Positions 1 through 15,600 of a stretch of 64,000 nucleotides of DNA are shown piece by piece. Every line of letters begins with the position of its first letter. The first letter of the stretch is position 1. The DNA lies in the NCBI GenBank assembly GCA_964016885.1, contig OZ024741.1:48608001-48672000 (forward strand), given 5' to 3'. A program made the translations under genes and the position numbers. This DNA comes from Eledone cirrhosa (lineage: Eukaryota). The notes beneath the pieces are model-generated. The model had not been told where the DNA came from. It searched no databases and saw nothing but the letters and a program-made list of their open reading frames with translations.

Positions 1-1953
1 CCGCTATTACAGTCTAAATATTCTCCACTATTACAGTCTAACTATTCTCCACTATTACAGTCTAAATATTCTCCGCTATTATAGTCTAAATATTCTTCAC
101 TATTAGTGTCTAAATATTCTCCACTATTAGAGTCTAAATATTCTCCGCTATTACAGTCTAAATATTCTCCACTATTACAGTCTAAATATTCTTCACTACT
201 ACGGTCTAAATATTCTCCGCTATTACAATCTAAATATTCTCCACTATTACAGTCTAAATATTCTCCACTATTACAGTCTAAATATTCTCCACTATTACAG
301 TCTAAATATTCTGCACTATTACAGTCTAAATATTCTCCACTATTACAGTCTAAATATTCTCCACTATTACAGTCTAAATATTCTCCACTATTAGGGTCTA
401 AATATTCTCCACTATTACAGTCTAAATATTCTCAACTATTACAGTCTAAATATTCTCAACTATTACAGGCTAAATATTCTCCATAATTACAGTCTAAATA
501 TTCTCCACTATTACAGTCTAAATATTCTCCATTATTACAGTCTAAATATTCTCCACTATTACAGTCTAAATATTCTTCAATACTACGGTCTAAATATTCT
601 CCACTATTATAGTGTAAATATTCTCCACTATTACAGTCTAAATATTCACCACTATTACAGTCTAAATATTCTCCACTATTACAGTCTAAATATTCTCCAC
701 TATTACAGTCTAGATATTCTCCACTATTACAGTCTAAATATTCTTCACTACTACGGTCTAAATATTCTCCACTATTACGGCCTAAATATTTTCCACTATT
801 AGGGTCTAAATATTCTCCACTATTACAGTCCAAATATTCTCCACTATTACAGTCTAAATATTCTCCGCTATTACAGTCTAAATATTCTTCACTACTACGG
901 TCTAAATATTCTTCACTATTACAGTCTAAATATTCTTCACTACTACGGTCTAAATATTCTCCGCTATTACAGTCTAAATATTCTCCACTATTACAGTGTA
1001 AATATTCTTCGCTACTACAGTCTAAATATTCTCCGTTATTACAGTCTAAATATTCTCCACTATTACAGTCTAAAAATTCTTCATTACTACGGTCTAAATA
1101 CTCTCCACTATTACAGTCTAAATATTCTCCACTATTACAGTCTAAATATTCTCCACTATTACATTTTAAGTATTCTCCACTATTACAGTCTAAATATTCT
1201 CCACTATTACAGTCTAAATATTCTCCACTATTACAGTCTAAATATTCTTCACTACTATGGTTTAAATATTCTCCACTATTACAGTCTAAATATTCTTCAC
1301 TACTACGGTCTAAATATTCTCCACTATTACAGTCAAAATATTCTCCAATATTACAGTGTAAATATTCTTCACTACTACGGTCTAAATATTCTCCGCTATT
1401 ACAGTCTAAATAATCTCCACTATTACAGTCTAACTATTCTCCACTATTACAGTCTAAATATTCTCCGCTATTACAGTCTAAATATTCTCCACTATTACAG
1501 TCTAAATATTCTCCACTATTACAGTCTAAATATTCTCCACTATTAGGGTCTAAATATTCTCCACTCTTACAGTCTAAATATTCTCAACTATTACAGTCTA
1601 AATATTCTCAACTATTACAGGCTAAATATTCTCCACTATTACAGTCTAAATATTCTCCACTATTACAGTCTAAATATTCTCCACTATTACGGTCTAAATA
1701 TTCTCCACTATTACAGTCTAAATATTCTCCGCTATTACAGTCTAAATATTCTCCACTATTACAGTCTAAATATTCTCCACTATTACAGTCTAAATAGTTT
1801 CCACTATTACAGTCTAAATATTCTCCACTATTTCAGTCTAGATATTCTCCACTATTACAGTCTAAATATTCTTCACTACTACGGTCTAAATATTCTCCAC
1901 TATTACAGTCTAAATATTCTCCGCTATTACAGTCTAAATATTCTTCACTATTA

Positions 1954-4900
1954 GTGTCTAAATATTCTCCACTATTACAGTCTAAATATTCTCCGCTATT
2001 ACAGTCTAAATATTCTCAACTATTACAGTCTAAATATTCTTCACTACTACGGTCTAAATATTCTCCGCTATTACAATCTGAATATTCTCCACTATTACAG
2101 TCTAAATATTCTCCACTATTACGGTCTAAATATTCTCCACTATTACAGTCTAAATATTCTCCGTTATTACAGTCTAAATATTCTCCACTATTACAGTCTA
2201 AAAATTCTTCATTACTACGGTCTAAATATTCTCCACTATTACAGTCTAAATATTCGCCGCTATTACAGTCTAAATATTCTCCCCTATTACAGTCTAAATA
2301 TTCTCCACTATTACAGTCTAAATATTCTCCGCTATTACAATCTATATATTCTCCGCTATTACAGTCTAAATATTCTCCGCTATTACAGTCTAAATATTCT
2401 CCGCTATTACAGTTTAAATATTCTCCGCTATTACAGTCTAAATATTCTCCACTATTACAGTCTAAATATTATCCACTATTACAGTCTAAATATACTCCAC
2501 TATTACAGTCTAAATATTCTCCACTATTACAATCTAAATATTCTCCACTATTACGGTCTAAATATTCTTCACTACTACGGTCTAAATACTCTCCACTATT
2601 ACAGTCTAAATATTCTCCACTATTACAGTCTAAATATTCTCCACTATTACATTCTAAGTATTCTCCACTATTACGGTCTAAATATTCTCCACTATTACAG
2701 TCTAAATATTCTCCACTATTACAGTCTAAATATTCTTCACTACTATGGTTTAAATATTCTCCACTATTACAGTCTAAATATTCTCCACTATTACAGTCTA
2801 AATATTCTCCACTATTACAGTCTAAATATTCTTCACTACTACGGTCTAAATATTCTCCACTATTACAGTCTAAATATTCTCCAATATTACAGTCTAAATA
2901 TTCTTCACTACTACGGTCTAAATATTCTCCGCTATTACAGTCTAAATATTCTCCACTATTACAGTCTAACTATTCTCCACTATTACTGTCTAAATATTCT
3001 CCGCTATTACAGTCTAAATATTCTTCACTATTAGTGTCTAAATATTCTCCACTATTACAATCTAAATATTCTCCGCTATTACAGTCTAAATATTCTCCAC
3101 TATTACAGTCTAAATATTCTCCACTATTACAGTCTAAATATTCTCCACTATTAGGGTCTAAATATTCTCCACTCTTACAGGCTAAATATTCTCAACTATT
3201 ACAGTCTAAATATTCTCAACTATTACAGGCTAAATATTCTCCACAATTACAGTCTAAATATTCTCCACTATTACAGTCTAAATATTCTCCACTATTACAG
3301 TCTAAATATTCTCCACTATTACAGTCCAAATATTCTCCGCTATTACAGTCTAAATATTCTCCACAATTACAGTCTAAATATTCTCCACTATTACAGTCTA
3401 AATATTTTCCACTATTACAGTCTAAATATTCTCCACTATTTCAGTCTAGATATTCTCCACTATTACAGTCTAAATATTCTTCACTACTACGGTCTAAATA
3501 TTCTCCACTATTACAGTCTAAATATTCTCCGCTATTACAGTCTAAATATTCTTCACTATTAGTGTCTAAATATTCTCCACTATTACAGTCTAAATATTCT
3601 CCGCTATTACAGTCTAAATATTCTCAACTATTACAGTCTAAATATTCTTCACTACTACGGTCTAAATATTCTCCTCTATTACAATCTAAATATTCTCCAC
3701 TATTACAGTCTAAATATTCTCCACTATTAAGGTCTAAATATTCTCCACTATTACAGTCTAAATATTCTCCACTATTACAGTCTAAATATTCTCCACTATT
3801 ACAGTCGAAATATTCTTCACTACTACGGTCTAAATATTCACCACTATTACGGTCTAAATATTTTCCACTATTAGGGTCTAAATATTCTCCACTATTACAA
3901 TCTAAATATTCTCCACTATTACAGTCTAAATATTCACCACTATTACAGTCTAAATATTCTCCACTATTAGGGTCTAAATATTCTCCACTATTACAGACTA
4001 AATATTCTCTACTATTACAGTCTAAATATTCTCAACTATTACAGGCTAAATATTCTCCACTATTACAGTCTAAATATTCTCCACTATTACAGTCTAAATA
4101 TTCTCCACTATTACAGTCTAAATATTCTCCACTATTACAGTCTAAATATTCTCCGCTATTACAGTCTAAATATTCTCAACTATTACAGTCTAAATATTCT
4201 TCACTACTACGGTCTAAATATTCTCCTCTATTACAATCTAAATATTCTCCACTATTACAGTCTAAATATTCTCCACTATTAAGGTCTAAATATTCTCCAC
4301 TATTACAGTCTAAATATTCTCCACTATTACAGTCTAAATATTCTCCACTATTACAGTCGAAATATTCTTCACTACTACGGTCTAAATATTCACCACTATT
4401 ACGGTCTAAATATTTTCCACTATTAGGGTCTAAATATTCTCCACTATTACAATCTAAATATTCTCCACTATTACAGTCTAAATATTCACCACTATTACAG
4501 TCTAAATATTCTCCACTATTAGGGTCTAAATATTCTCCACTATTACAGACTAAATATTCTCTACTATTACAGTCTAAATATTCTCAACTATTACAGGCTA
4601 AATATTCTCCACTATTACAGTCTAAATATTCTCCACTATTACAGTCTAAATATTCTCCACTATTACAGTCTAAATATTCTCCACTATTACAGTCTAAATA
4701 TTCTCCACTATTACAGTCTAAATATTCTCCGCTATTACAGTCTAAATATTCTCCACTATTAGGGTCTAAATATTCTCCACTCTTACAGGCTAAATATTCT
4801 CAACTATTACAGTCTAAATATTCTCAACTATTACAGGCTAAATATTCTCCACAATTACAGTCTAAATATTCTCCACTATTACAGTCTAAATATTCTCCAC

Positions 4901-7900
4901 TATTACAGTCTAAATATTCTCCACTATTACAGTCTAAATATTCTCCGCTATTACAGTCTAAATATTCTCCACAATTACAGTCTAAATATTCTCCACTATT
5001 ACAGTCTAAATATTTTCCACTATTACAGTCTAAATATTCTCCACTATTTCAGTCTAGATATTCTCCACTATTACAGTCTAAATATTCTTCACTACTACGG
5101 TCTAAATATTCTCCACTATTACAGTCTAAATATTCTCCGCTATTACAGTCTAAATATTCTTCACTATTAGTGTCTAAATATTCTCCACTATTACAGTCTA
5201 AATATTCTCCGCTATTACAGTCTAAATATTCTCAACTATTACAGTCTAAATATTCTTCACTACTACGGTCTAAATATTCTCCTCTATTACAATCTAAATA
5301 TTCTCCACTATTACAGTCTAAATATTCTCCACTATTAAGGTCTAAATATTCTCCACTATTACAGTCTAAATATTCTCCACTATTACAGTCTAAATATTCT
5401 CCACTATTACAGTCGAAATATTCTTCACTACTACGGTCTAAATATTCACCACTATTACGGTCTAAATATTTTCCACTATTAGGGTCTAAATATTCTCCAC
5501 TATTACAGTCTAAATATTCTCCACTATTACAGTCTAAATATTCACCACTATTACAGTCTAAATATTCTCCACTATTAGGGTCTAAATATTCTCCACTATT
5601 ACAGACTAAATATTCTCTACTATTACAGTCTAAATATTCTCAACTATTACAGGCTAAATATTCTCCACTATTACAGTCCAAATATTCTCCACTATTACAG
5701 TCTAAATATTCTCCACTATTACAGTCTAAATATTCTCCACTATTACAGTCTAAATATTCTCCACTATTACAGTCTAAATATTCTCCGCTATTACAGTCTA
5801 AATATTCTCCGCTATTACAGTCTAAATATTCTCCACTATTACAGTCTAAATATTCTCTACTATTACAGTCTATATATTCTCCACTATTACAGTCTAAATA
5901 TTCTCCACTATTACAGTCTAAATATTCTTCACTACTACGGTCTAAATATTCTCCACTATTACAGTCTAAATATTCTCCACTATTACAGTCTAAATATTCT
6001 TCACTACTACGGTCTAAATATTCTCCGCTATTACAGTCTAAATATTCTCCACTATTACAGTCTAAATATTCTTCACTATTAGGGTCTAAATATTCTCCAC
6101 TATTACAGTCTAAATATTCTCCGGTATTACAGTCTAAATATTCTCCACTATTACAGTCTAAATATTCTCCGCTATTACAGTCTAAATATTCTCCACTATT
6201 ACAGTCTAAATATTCTCCACTATTACAGTCTAAATATTCTCCACTATTACAGTCTATATATTTTCCACTATTACAGTCTAAATATTCTCCACTATTTCAG
6301 TCTAGATATTCTCCACTATTACAGTCTAAATATTCTTCACTACTACGGTCTAAATATTCTCCACTATTACAGTCTAAATATTCTCCGCTATTACAGTCTA
6401 AATATTCTTCACTATTAGTGTCTAAATATTCTCCACTATTACAGTCTAAATATTCTCCGCTATTACAGTCTAAATATTCTCAACTATTACGGTCTAAATA
6501 TTCTTCACTACTACGGTCTAAATATTCTCCGCTATTACAATCTAAATATTCTCCACTATTACAGTCTAAATATTCTCCACTATTACGGTCTAAATATTCT
6601 CAACTATTACAGTCTAAATATTCTTCACTACTACGGTCTAAATATTCTCCGCTATTACAATCTGAATATTCTCCACTATTACAGTCTAAATATTCTCCAC
6701 TATTACGGTCTAAATATTCTCCACTATTACAGTCTAAATATTCTCCGGTATTACAGTCTAAATATTCTCCACTATTACAGTCTAAAAATTCTTCATTACT
6801 ACGGTCTAAATATTCTCCACTATTACAGTCTAAATATTCTCCGCTATTACAGTCTAAATATTCTCCCCTATTACAGTCTAAATATTCTCCACTATTACAG
6901 TCTAAATATTCTCCGCTATTACAATCTAAATATTCTCCGCTATTACAGTCTAAATATTCTCCGCTATTACAGTCTAAATATTCTCCGCTATTACAGTTTA
7001 AATATTCTCCGCTATTACAGTCTAAATATTCTCCACTATTACAGTCTAAATATTATCCACTATTACAGTCTAAATATACTCCACTATTACAGTCTAAATA
7101 TTCTCCACTATTACAATCTAAATATTCTCCACTATTACGGTCTAAATATTCTTCACTACTACGGTCTAAATACTCTCCACTATTACAGTCTAAATATTCT
7201 CCACTATTACAGTCTAAATATTCTCCACTATTACATTCTAAGTATTCTCCACTATTACAGTCTAAATATTCTCCACTATTACAGTCTAAATATTCTCCAC
7301 TATTACAGTCTAAATATTCTTCACTACTATGGTTTAAATATTCTCCACTATTACAGTCTAAATATTCTCCACTATTACAGTTTAAATATTCTCCACTATT
7401 ACAGTCTAAATATTCTTCACTACTACGGTCTAAATATTCTCCACTATTACAGTCTAAATATTCTCCAATATTACAGTCTAAATATTCTTCACTACTACGG
7501 TCTAAATATTCTCCGCTATTACAGTCTAAATATTCTCCACTATTACAGTCTAACTATTCTCCACTATTACAGTCTAAATATTCTCCGCTATTACAGTCTA
7601 AATATTCTTCACTATTAGTATCTAAATATTCTCCACTATTACAATCTAAATATTCTCCGCTATTACAGTCTAAATATTCTCCACTATTACAGTCTAAATA
7701 TTCTCCACTATTACAGTCTAAATATTCTCCACTATTAGGGTCTAAATATTCTCCACTCTTACAGTCTAAATATTCTCAACTATTAAAGTCTAAATATTCT
7801 CAACTATTACAGGCTAAATATTCTCCACTATTACAGTCTAAATATTCTCCACTATTACAGTCTAAATATTCTCCACTATTACAGTCTAAATATTCTCCAC

Positions 7901-10077
7901 TATTACAGTCTAAATATTCTCCGCTATTACAGTCTAAATATTCTCCACTATTACAGTCTAAATATTCTCCACTATTACAGTCTAAATATTTTCCACTATT
8001 ACAGTCTAAATATTCTCCACTATTTCAGTCTAGATATTCTCCACTATTACAGTCTAAATATTCTTCACTACTACGGTCTAAATATTCTCCACTATTACAG
8101 TCTAAATATTCTCCGCTATTACAGTCTAAATATTCTTCACTATTAGTGTCTAAATATTCTCCACTATTACAGTCTAAATATTCTCCGCTATTACAGTCTA
8201 AATATTCTCAACTATTACAGTCTAAATATTCTTCACTACTACGGTCTAAATATTCTCCGCTATTACAATCTAAATATTCTCCACTATTACAGTCTAAATA
8301 TTCTCCACTATTACGGTCTAAATATTCTCCACTATTACAGTCTAAATATTCTCCACTATTACAGTCTAAATATTCTCCACTATTACAGTCGAAATATTCT
8401 TCACTACTACGGTCTAAATATTCACCACTATTACGGTCTAAATATTTTCCACTATTAGGGTCTAAATATTCTCCACTATTACAGTTTAAATATTCTCCAC
8501 TATTACAGTCTAAATATTCTCCACTATTACAGTCTAAATATTCTCCACTATTAGGGTCTAAATATTCTCCACTATTACAGACTAAATATTCTCTACTATT
8601 ACAGTCTAAATATTCTCAACTATTACAGGCTAAATATTCTCCACTATTACTGTCTAAATATTCTCCACTATTACAGTCTAAATATTCTCCACTATTACAG
8701 TCTAAATATTCTCCACTATTACAGTCTAAATATTCTCCGCTATTACAGTCTAAATATTCTCCGCTATTACAGTCTAAATATTATCCACTATTACAGTCTA
8801 AATATTCTCCGCTATTACAGTCTAAATATTCTCCACTATTACAGTCTAAATATTCTCTACTATTACAGTCTATATATTCTCCACTATTACAGTCTAAATA
8901 TTCTCCACTATTACAGTCTAAATATTCTTCACTACTACGGTCTAAATATTCTCCGCTATTACAGTCTAAATATTCTCCACTATTACAGTCTAAATATTCT
9001 TCACTATTATGGTCTAAATATTCTCCACTATTACAGTCTAAATATTCTCCGCTATTACAGTCTAAATATTCTCCACTATTACAGTCTAAATATTCTCCGC
9101 TATTACAGTCTAAATATTCTCCACTATTACAGTCTAAATATTCTCCACTATTACAGTCTAAATATTCTCCACTATTACAGTCTATATATTTTCCACTATT
9201 ACAGTCTAAATATTCTCCACATTTTCAGTCTAGATATTCTCCACTATTACAGTCTAAATATTCTTCACTACTACGGTCTAAATATTCTCCACTATTACAG
9301 TCTAAATATTCTCCGCTATTACAGTCTAAATATTCTTCACTATTAGTGTCTAAATATTCTCCACTATTACAGTCTAAATATTCTCCGCTATTACAGTCTA
9401 AATATTCTCAACTATTACAGTCTAAATATTCTTCACTACTACGGTCTAAATATTCTCCGCTATTACAATCTAAATATTCTCCACTATTACAGTCTAAATA
9501 CTCTCCACTATTACGGTCTAAATATTCTCCACTATTACAGTCTAAATATTCTCCACTATTACAGTCTAAATATTCTCCACTATTACAGTCTAAATATTCT
9601 TCACTACTAAGGTCTAAATATTCTCCACTATTACAGTCTAAATATTCTCCGCTATTACAGTCTAAATATTCTTCACTATTAGTGTCTAAATATTCTCCGC
9701 TATTACAATCTAAATATTCTCCACTATTACAGTCTAAATATTCTCCACTATTACGGTCTAAATATTCTCCACTATTACAGTCTAAATATTCTCCACTATT
9801 ACAGTCTAAATATTCTCCACTATTACAGTCGAAATATTCTTCACTACTACGGTCTAAATATTCACCACTATTACGGTCTAAATATTTTCCACTATTAGGG
9901 TCTAAATATTCTCCACTATTACAGTGTAAATATTCTCCACTATTACAGTCTAAATATTCTCCACTATTACAGTCTAAATATTCTCCACTATTAGGGTCTA
10001 AATATTCTCCACTATTACAGTCTAAATATTCTCAACTATTACAGTCTAAATATTCTCAACTATTACAGGCTAAATAA
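1954..10077 (+). other. Repeat-derived ORF (SKYSPLLQ)n, 2707 aa; probably not a gene
   Basis: Open from after TAG at 1796-1798 to TAA at 10075-10077. It starts at a GTG from the TTAGTG variant, has no ATG and no unique domain, and the monomer is inherently stop-free in this frame. Confidence refers to it being a real CDS. Confidence 0.08.
2005..8700 (+). repeat. Higher-order duplication, offset 4584 bp (191 monomers), with nested 552- and 1608-bp duplications
   Basis: Rare TCTGAA unit at 2077 and 6661, followed by the same variant order (AAAAAT, CCC, TATTAT, TATACT, CATTCTAAG, CTATGGTTT). CCTCTA units start at 3661, 4213 and 5269. CCACAA occurs at 3241/3361 and 4849/4969. Confidence 0.85.
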
Positions 10078-12699
10078 TCTCCACTATTACAGTCTAAATA
10101 TTCTCCACTATTACAGTATAAATATTCTCCACTATTACAGTCTAAATATTCTCCACTATTACAGTCTAAATATTCTCCGCTATTACAGTCTAAATATTCT
10201 CCGCTATTACAGTCTAAATATTCTCCACTATTACAGTCTAAATATTCTCTACTATTACAGTCTATATATTCTCCACTATTACAGTCTAAATATTCTCCAC
10301 TATTACAGTCTAAATATTCTTCACTACTACGGTCTAAATATTCTCCGCTATTACAGTCTAAATATTCTCCACTATTACAGTCTAAATATTCTTCATTATT
10401 ATGGTCTAAATATTCTCCACTATTACAGTCTAAATATTCTCCGCTATTACAGTCTAAATATTCTCCACTATTACAGTCTAAATATTCTCCGCTATTACAG
10501 TCTAAATATTCTCCACTATTACAGTCTAAATATTCTCCACTATTACAGTCTAAATATTCTCCACTATTACAGTCTATATATTTTCCACTATTACAGTCTA
10601 AATATTCTCCACATTTTCAGTCTAGATATTCTCCACTATTACAGTCTAAATATTCTTCACTACTACGGTCTAAATATTCTCCACTATTACAGTCTAAATA
10701 TTCTTCACTACTACGGTCTAAATATTCTCCGCTATTACAATCTAAATATTCTCCACTATTACAGTCTAAATACTCTCCACTATTACGGTCTAAATATTCT
10801 CCACTATTACAGTCTAAATATTCTCCACTATTACAGTCTAAATATTCTCCACTATTACAGTCTAAATATTCTTCACTACTACGTTCTAAATATTCTCCAC
10901 TATTACAGTCTAAATATTCTCCGCTATTACAGTCTAAATATTCTTCACTATTAGTGTCTAAATATTCTCCGCTATTACAATCTAAATATTCTCCACTATT
11001 ACAGTCTAAATATTCTCCACTATTACGGTCTAAATATTCTCCACTATTACAGTCTAAATATTCTCCACTATTACAGTCTAAATATTCTCCACTATTACAG
11101 TCGAAATATTCTTCACTACTACGGTCTAAATATTCACCACTATTACGGTCTAAATATTTTCCACTATTAGGGTCTAAATATTCTCCACTATTACAGTGTA
11201 AATATTCTCCACTATTACAGTCTAAATATTCTCCACTATTACAGTCTAAATATTCTCCACTATTAGGGTCTAAATATTCTCCACTATTACAGTCTAAATA
11301 TTCTCAACTATTACAGTCTAAATATTCTCAACTATTACAGGCTAAATAATCTCCACTATTACAGTCTAAATATTCTCCACTATTACAGTATAAATATTCT
11401 CCACTATTACAGTCTAAATATTCTCCACTATTACAGTCTAAATATTCTCCGCTATTACAGTCTAAATATTCTCCGCTATTACAGTCTAAATATTCTCCGC
11501 TATTACAGTCTAAATATTCTCCGCTATTACAGTCTAAATATTCTCCATATTACAGTCTAAATATTCTCTACTATTACAGTCTAAATATTCTCCACTATTA
11601 CAGTCTAAATATTCTCCACTATTACAGCCTAAATATTCTCCGCTATTACAGTCTAAATATTCTCCACTATTACAGTCTAAATATTCTCCGCTATTACAGT
11701 ATAAATAATCTCCACTATTACAGTCTAAATATTTTCCACTATTACAGTCTAAATATTCTCCACTATTTCAGTCTAGATATTCTCCACTATTACAGTCTAA
11801 ATATTCTTCACTACTACGGTCTAAATATTCTCCAGTATTACGGTCTAAATATTTTCCACTATTAGGGTGTAAATATTCTCCACTATTACAGTGTAAATAT
11901 TCTCCACTATTACAGTCTAAATATTCTCCGCTATTACAGTCTAAATATTCTTCACTACTACGGTCTAAATATTCTTCACTATTACAGAGTAAATATTCTC
12001 CACTATTACAGTCTAAATATTCTCCACTATTACAGTCTAAATATTCTTCACAAATACGGTCTAAATATTCTATTAAAATCTAAATATTCTCCACTATTAC
12101 AGTCTAAATATTTTTCATCACTACGTCTAAATATTCTCCACTATTACAGTCTAAATATTCTCCACTATTACAGTCTAAATATTTTTCATCACTACGTCTA
12201 AATATTCTCCACTATTACAGTCTAAATATTCTCAACTATTACAGGCTAAATATTCTCCACTATTAAAGTCTAAATATTCTCCACTATTACAGTCTAAATA
12301 TTCTCCACTATTACAGTCTAAATATTCTCCACTATTACAGTCTAAATATTCTCCGCTATTACAGTCTAAATATTCTCCACTATTACAGTCTAAATATTTT
12401 CCACTATTACAGTCTAAATATTCTCCACTATTTCAGTCTAGATATTCTCCGCTATTACAGTCTAAATATTCTTCACTACTACGGTCTAAATATTCTCCAC
12501 TATTACAGTCTAAATATTCTCCGCCATTACAGTCTAAATATTCTTCACTATTAGGGTCTAAATATTCTCCACTATTACACTCTAAATATTCTCCGCTATT
12601 ACAGTCTAAATATTCTCCACTATTACAGTCTAAATATTCTCCGCTATTACAGTCTAAATATTCTCCACTATTACAGTCTAAATATTCTCCACTATTACA

Positions 12700-15600
12700 G
12701 TCTAAATATTCTCCACTATTACAGTCTAAATATTCTCCGCTATTACAGTCTAAATATTCTCCACTATTACAGTCTAAATATTCTCCACTATTACAGTCTA
12801 AATATTCTCTACTATTACAGTCTAAATATTCTCCACTATTACAGTCTAAATATTCTCCACTATTACAGTCTAAATATTCTTCACTATTAGGGTCTAAATA
12901 TTCTCCACTATTACAGCCTAAATATTCTCCGCTATTACAGTCTAAATATTCTCCACTATTACAGTCTAAATATTCTCCGCTATTACAGTATAAATAATCT
13001 CCACTATTACAGTCTAAATATTTTCCACTATTACAGTCTAAATATTCTCCACTATTTCAGTCTAGATATTCTCCACTATTACAGTCTAAATATTCTTCAC
13101 TACTACGGTCTAAATATTCTCCAGTATTACGGTCTAAATATTTTCCACTATTAGGGTGTAAATATTCTCCACTATTACAGTCTAAATATTCTCCACTATT
13201 ACAGTCTAAATATTCTCCGCTATTACAGTCTAAATATTCTTCACTACTACGGTCTAAATATTCTTCACTATTACAGAGTAAATATTCTCCACTATTACAG
13301 TCTAAATATTCTCCACTATTACAGTCTAAATATTCTTCACAAATACGGTCTAAATATTCTATTACAATCTAAATATTCTCCACTATTACAGTCTAAATAT
13401 TTTTCATCACTACGTCTAAATATTCTCCACTATTACAGTCTAAGTATTCTCCACTATTACAGTCTAAATATTTTTCATCACTACGTCTAAATATTCTCCA
13501 CTATTACAGTCTAAATATTCTCAACTATTACAGGCTAAATATTCTCCACTATTAAAGTCTAAATATTCTCCACTATTACAGTCTAAATATTCTCCACTAT
13601 TACAGTCTAAATATTCTCCACTATTACAGTCTAAATATTCTCCGCTATTACAGTCTAAATATTCTCCACTATTACAGTCTAAATATTTTCCACTATTACA
13701 GTCTAAATATTCTCCACTATTTCAGTCTAGATATTCTCCGCTATTACAGTCTAAATATTCTTCACTACTACGGTCTAAATATTCTCCACTATTACAGTCT
13801 AAATATTCTCCGCCATTACAGTCTAAATATTCTTCACTATTAGGGTCTAAATATTCTCCACTATTACAGTCTAAATATTCTCCGCTATTACAGTCTAAAT
13901 ATTCTCCACTATTACAGTCTAAATATTCTCCGCTATTACAGTCTAAATATTCTCCACTATTACAGTCTAAATATTCTCCACTATTACAGTCTAAATATTC
14001 TCAACTATTACAGTCTATATATTTTCCACTATTACAGTCTAAATATTCTCCACATTTTCAGTCTATATATTCTCCACTATTACAGTCTAAATATTCTTCA
14101 CTACTACGGTCTAAATATTCTCCACTATTACAGTCTAAATATTCTCCGCTATTACAGTCTAAATATTCTTCACTATTAGTGTCTAAATATTCTCCACTAT
14201 TACAGTCTAAATATTCTCCGCTATTACAGTCTAAATATTCTCAACTATTACAGTCTAAATATTCTTCACTACTTCGGTCTAAATATTCTCCGCTATTACA
14301 ATCTAAATATTCTCCACTATTACAGTCTAAATACTCTCCACTATTACGGTCTAAATATTCTCCACTATTACAGTCTAAATATTCTCCACTATTACAGTCT
14401 AAATATTCTCCACTATTACAGTCTAAATATTCTCCACTATTACAGTCGAAATATTCTTCACTACTACGGTCTAAATATTATCCGCTATTACAATCTAAAT
14501 ATTCTCCACTATTACAGTCTAAATATTCTCCACTATTACAGTCTAAATATTCTCCACTATTACAGTCTAAATATTCTCCACTATTACAGTCTAAATATTC
14601 TTCACTACTACGGTCTAAATATTCTCCACTATTACAGTCTAAATATTCTCCGCTATTACAGTCTAAATATTCTTCACTATTAGTGTCTAAATATTCTCCG
14701 CTATTACAATCTAAATATTCTCCACTATTACAGTCTAAATATTCTCCACTATTACGGTCTAAATATTCTCCACTATTACAGTCTAAATATTCTCCACTAT
14801 TACAGTCTAAATATTCTCCACTATTACAGTCGAAATATTCTTCACTACTACGGTCTAAATATTCACCACTATTACGGTCTAAATATTTTCCACTATTAGG
14901 GTCTAAATATTCTCCACTATTACAGTGTAAATATTCTCCACTATTACAGTCTAAATATTCTCCACTATTACAGTCTAGATATTCTCCACTATTAGGGTCT
15001 AAATATTCTCCACTATTACAGTCTAAATATTCTCAACTATTACAGTCTAAATATTCTCAACTATTACAGGCTAAATAATCTCCACTATTACAGTCTAAAT
15101 ATTCTCCACTATTACAGTATAAATATTCTCCACTATTACAGTCTAAATATTCTCCACTATTACAGTCTAAATATTCTCCGCTATTACAGTCTAAATATTC
15201 TCCGCTATTACAGTCTAAATATTCTCCACTATTACAGTCTAAATATTCTCCACTATTACAGTCTAAATATTCTCTACTATTACAGTCTAAATATTCTCCA
15301 CTATTACAGTCTAAATATTCTCCACTATTACAGTCTAAATATTCTTCACTATTAGGGTCTAAATATTCTCCACTATTACAGCCTAAATATTCTCCGCTAT
15401 TACAGTCTAAATATTCTCCACTATTACAGTCTAAATATTCTCCGCTATTACAGTATAAATAATCTCCACTATTACAGTCTAAATATTTTCCACTATTACA
15501 GTCTAAATATTCTCCACTATTTCAGTCTAGATATTCTCCACTATTACAGTCTAAATATTCTTCACTACTACGGTCTAAATATTCTCCAGTATTACGGTCT

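Noticed and set aside
456-833. Minus-strand (CNSGEYLD)n ORFs, also 59380..59715, as Cys-rich metal-binding proteins
   Set aside because: This is the antisense reading of the same monomer, with non-ATG or incidental starts, and it is frequently broken by the TCTCAA variant.
1954-10077. Resemblance of SKYSPLLQ to the RNA polymerase II CTD heptad YSPTSPS or to ice-nucleation octapeptides
   Set aside because: Only YSP or the 8-residue period is shared. There is no flanking protein domain and the array context is non-coding.
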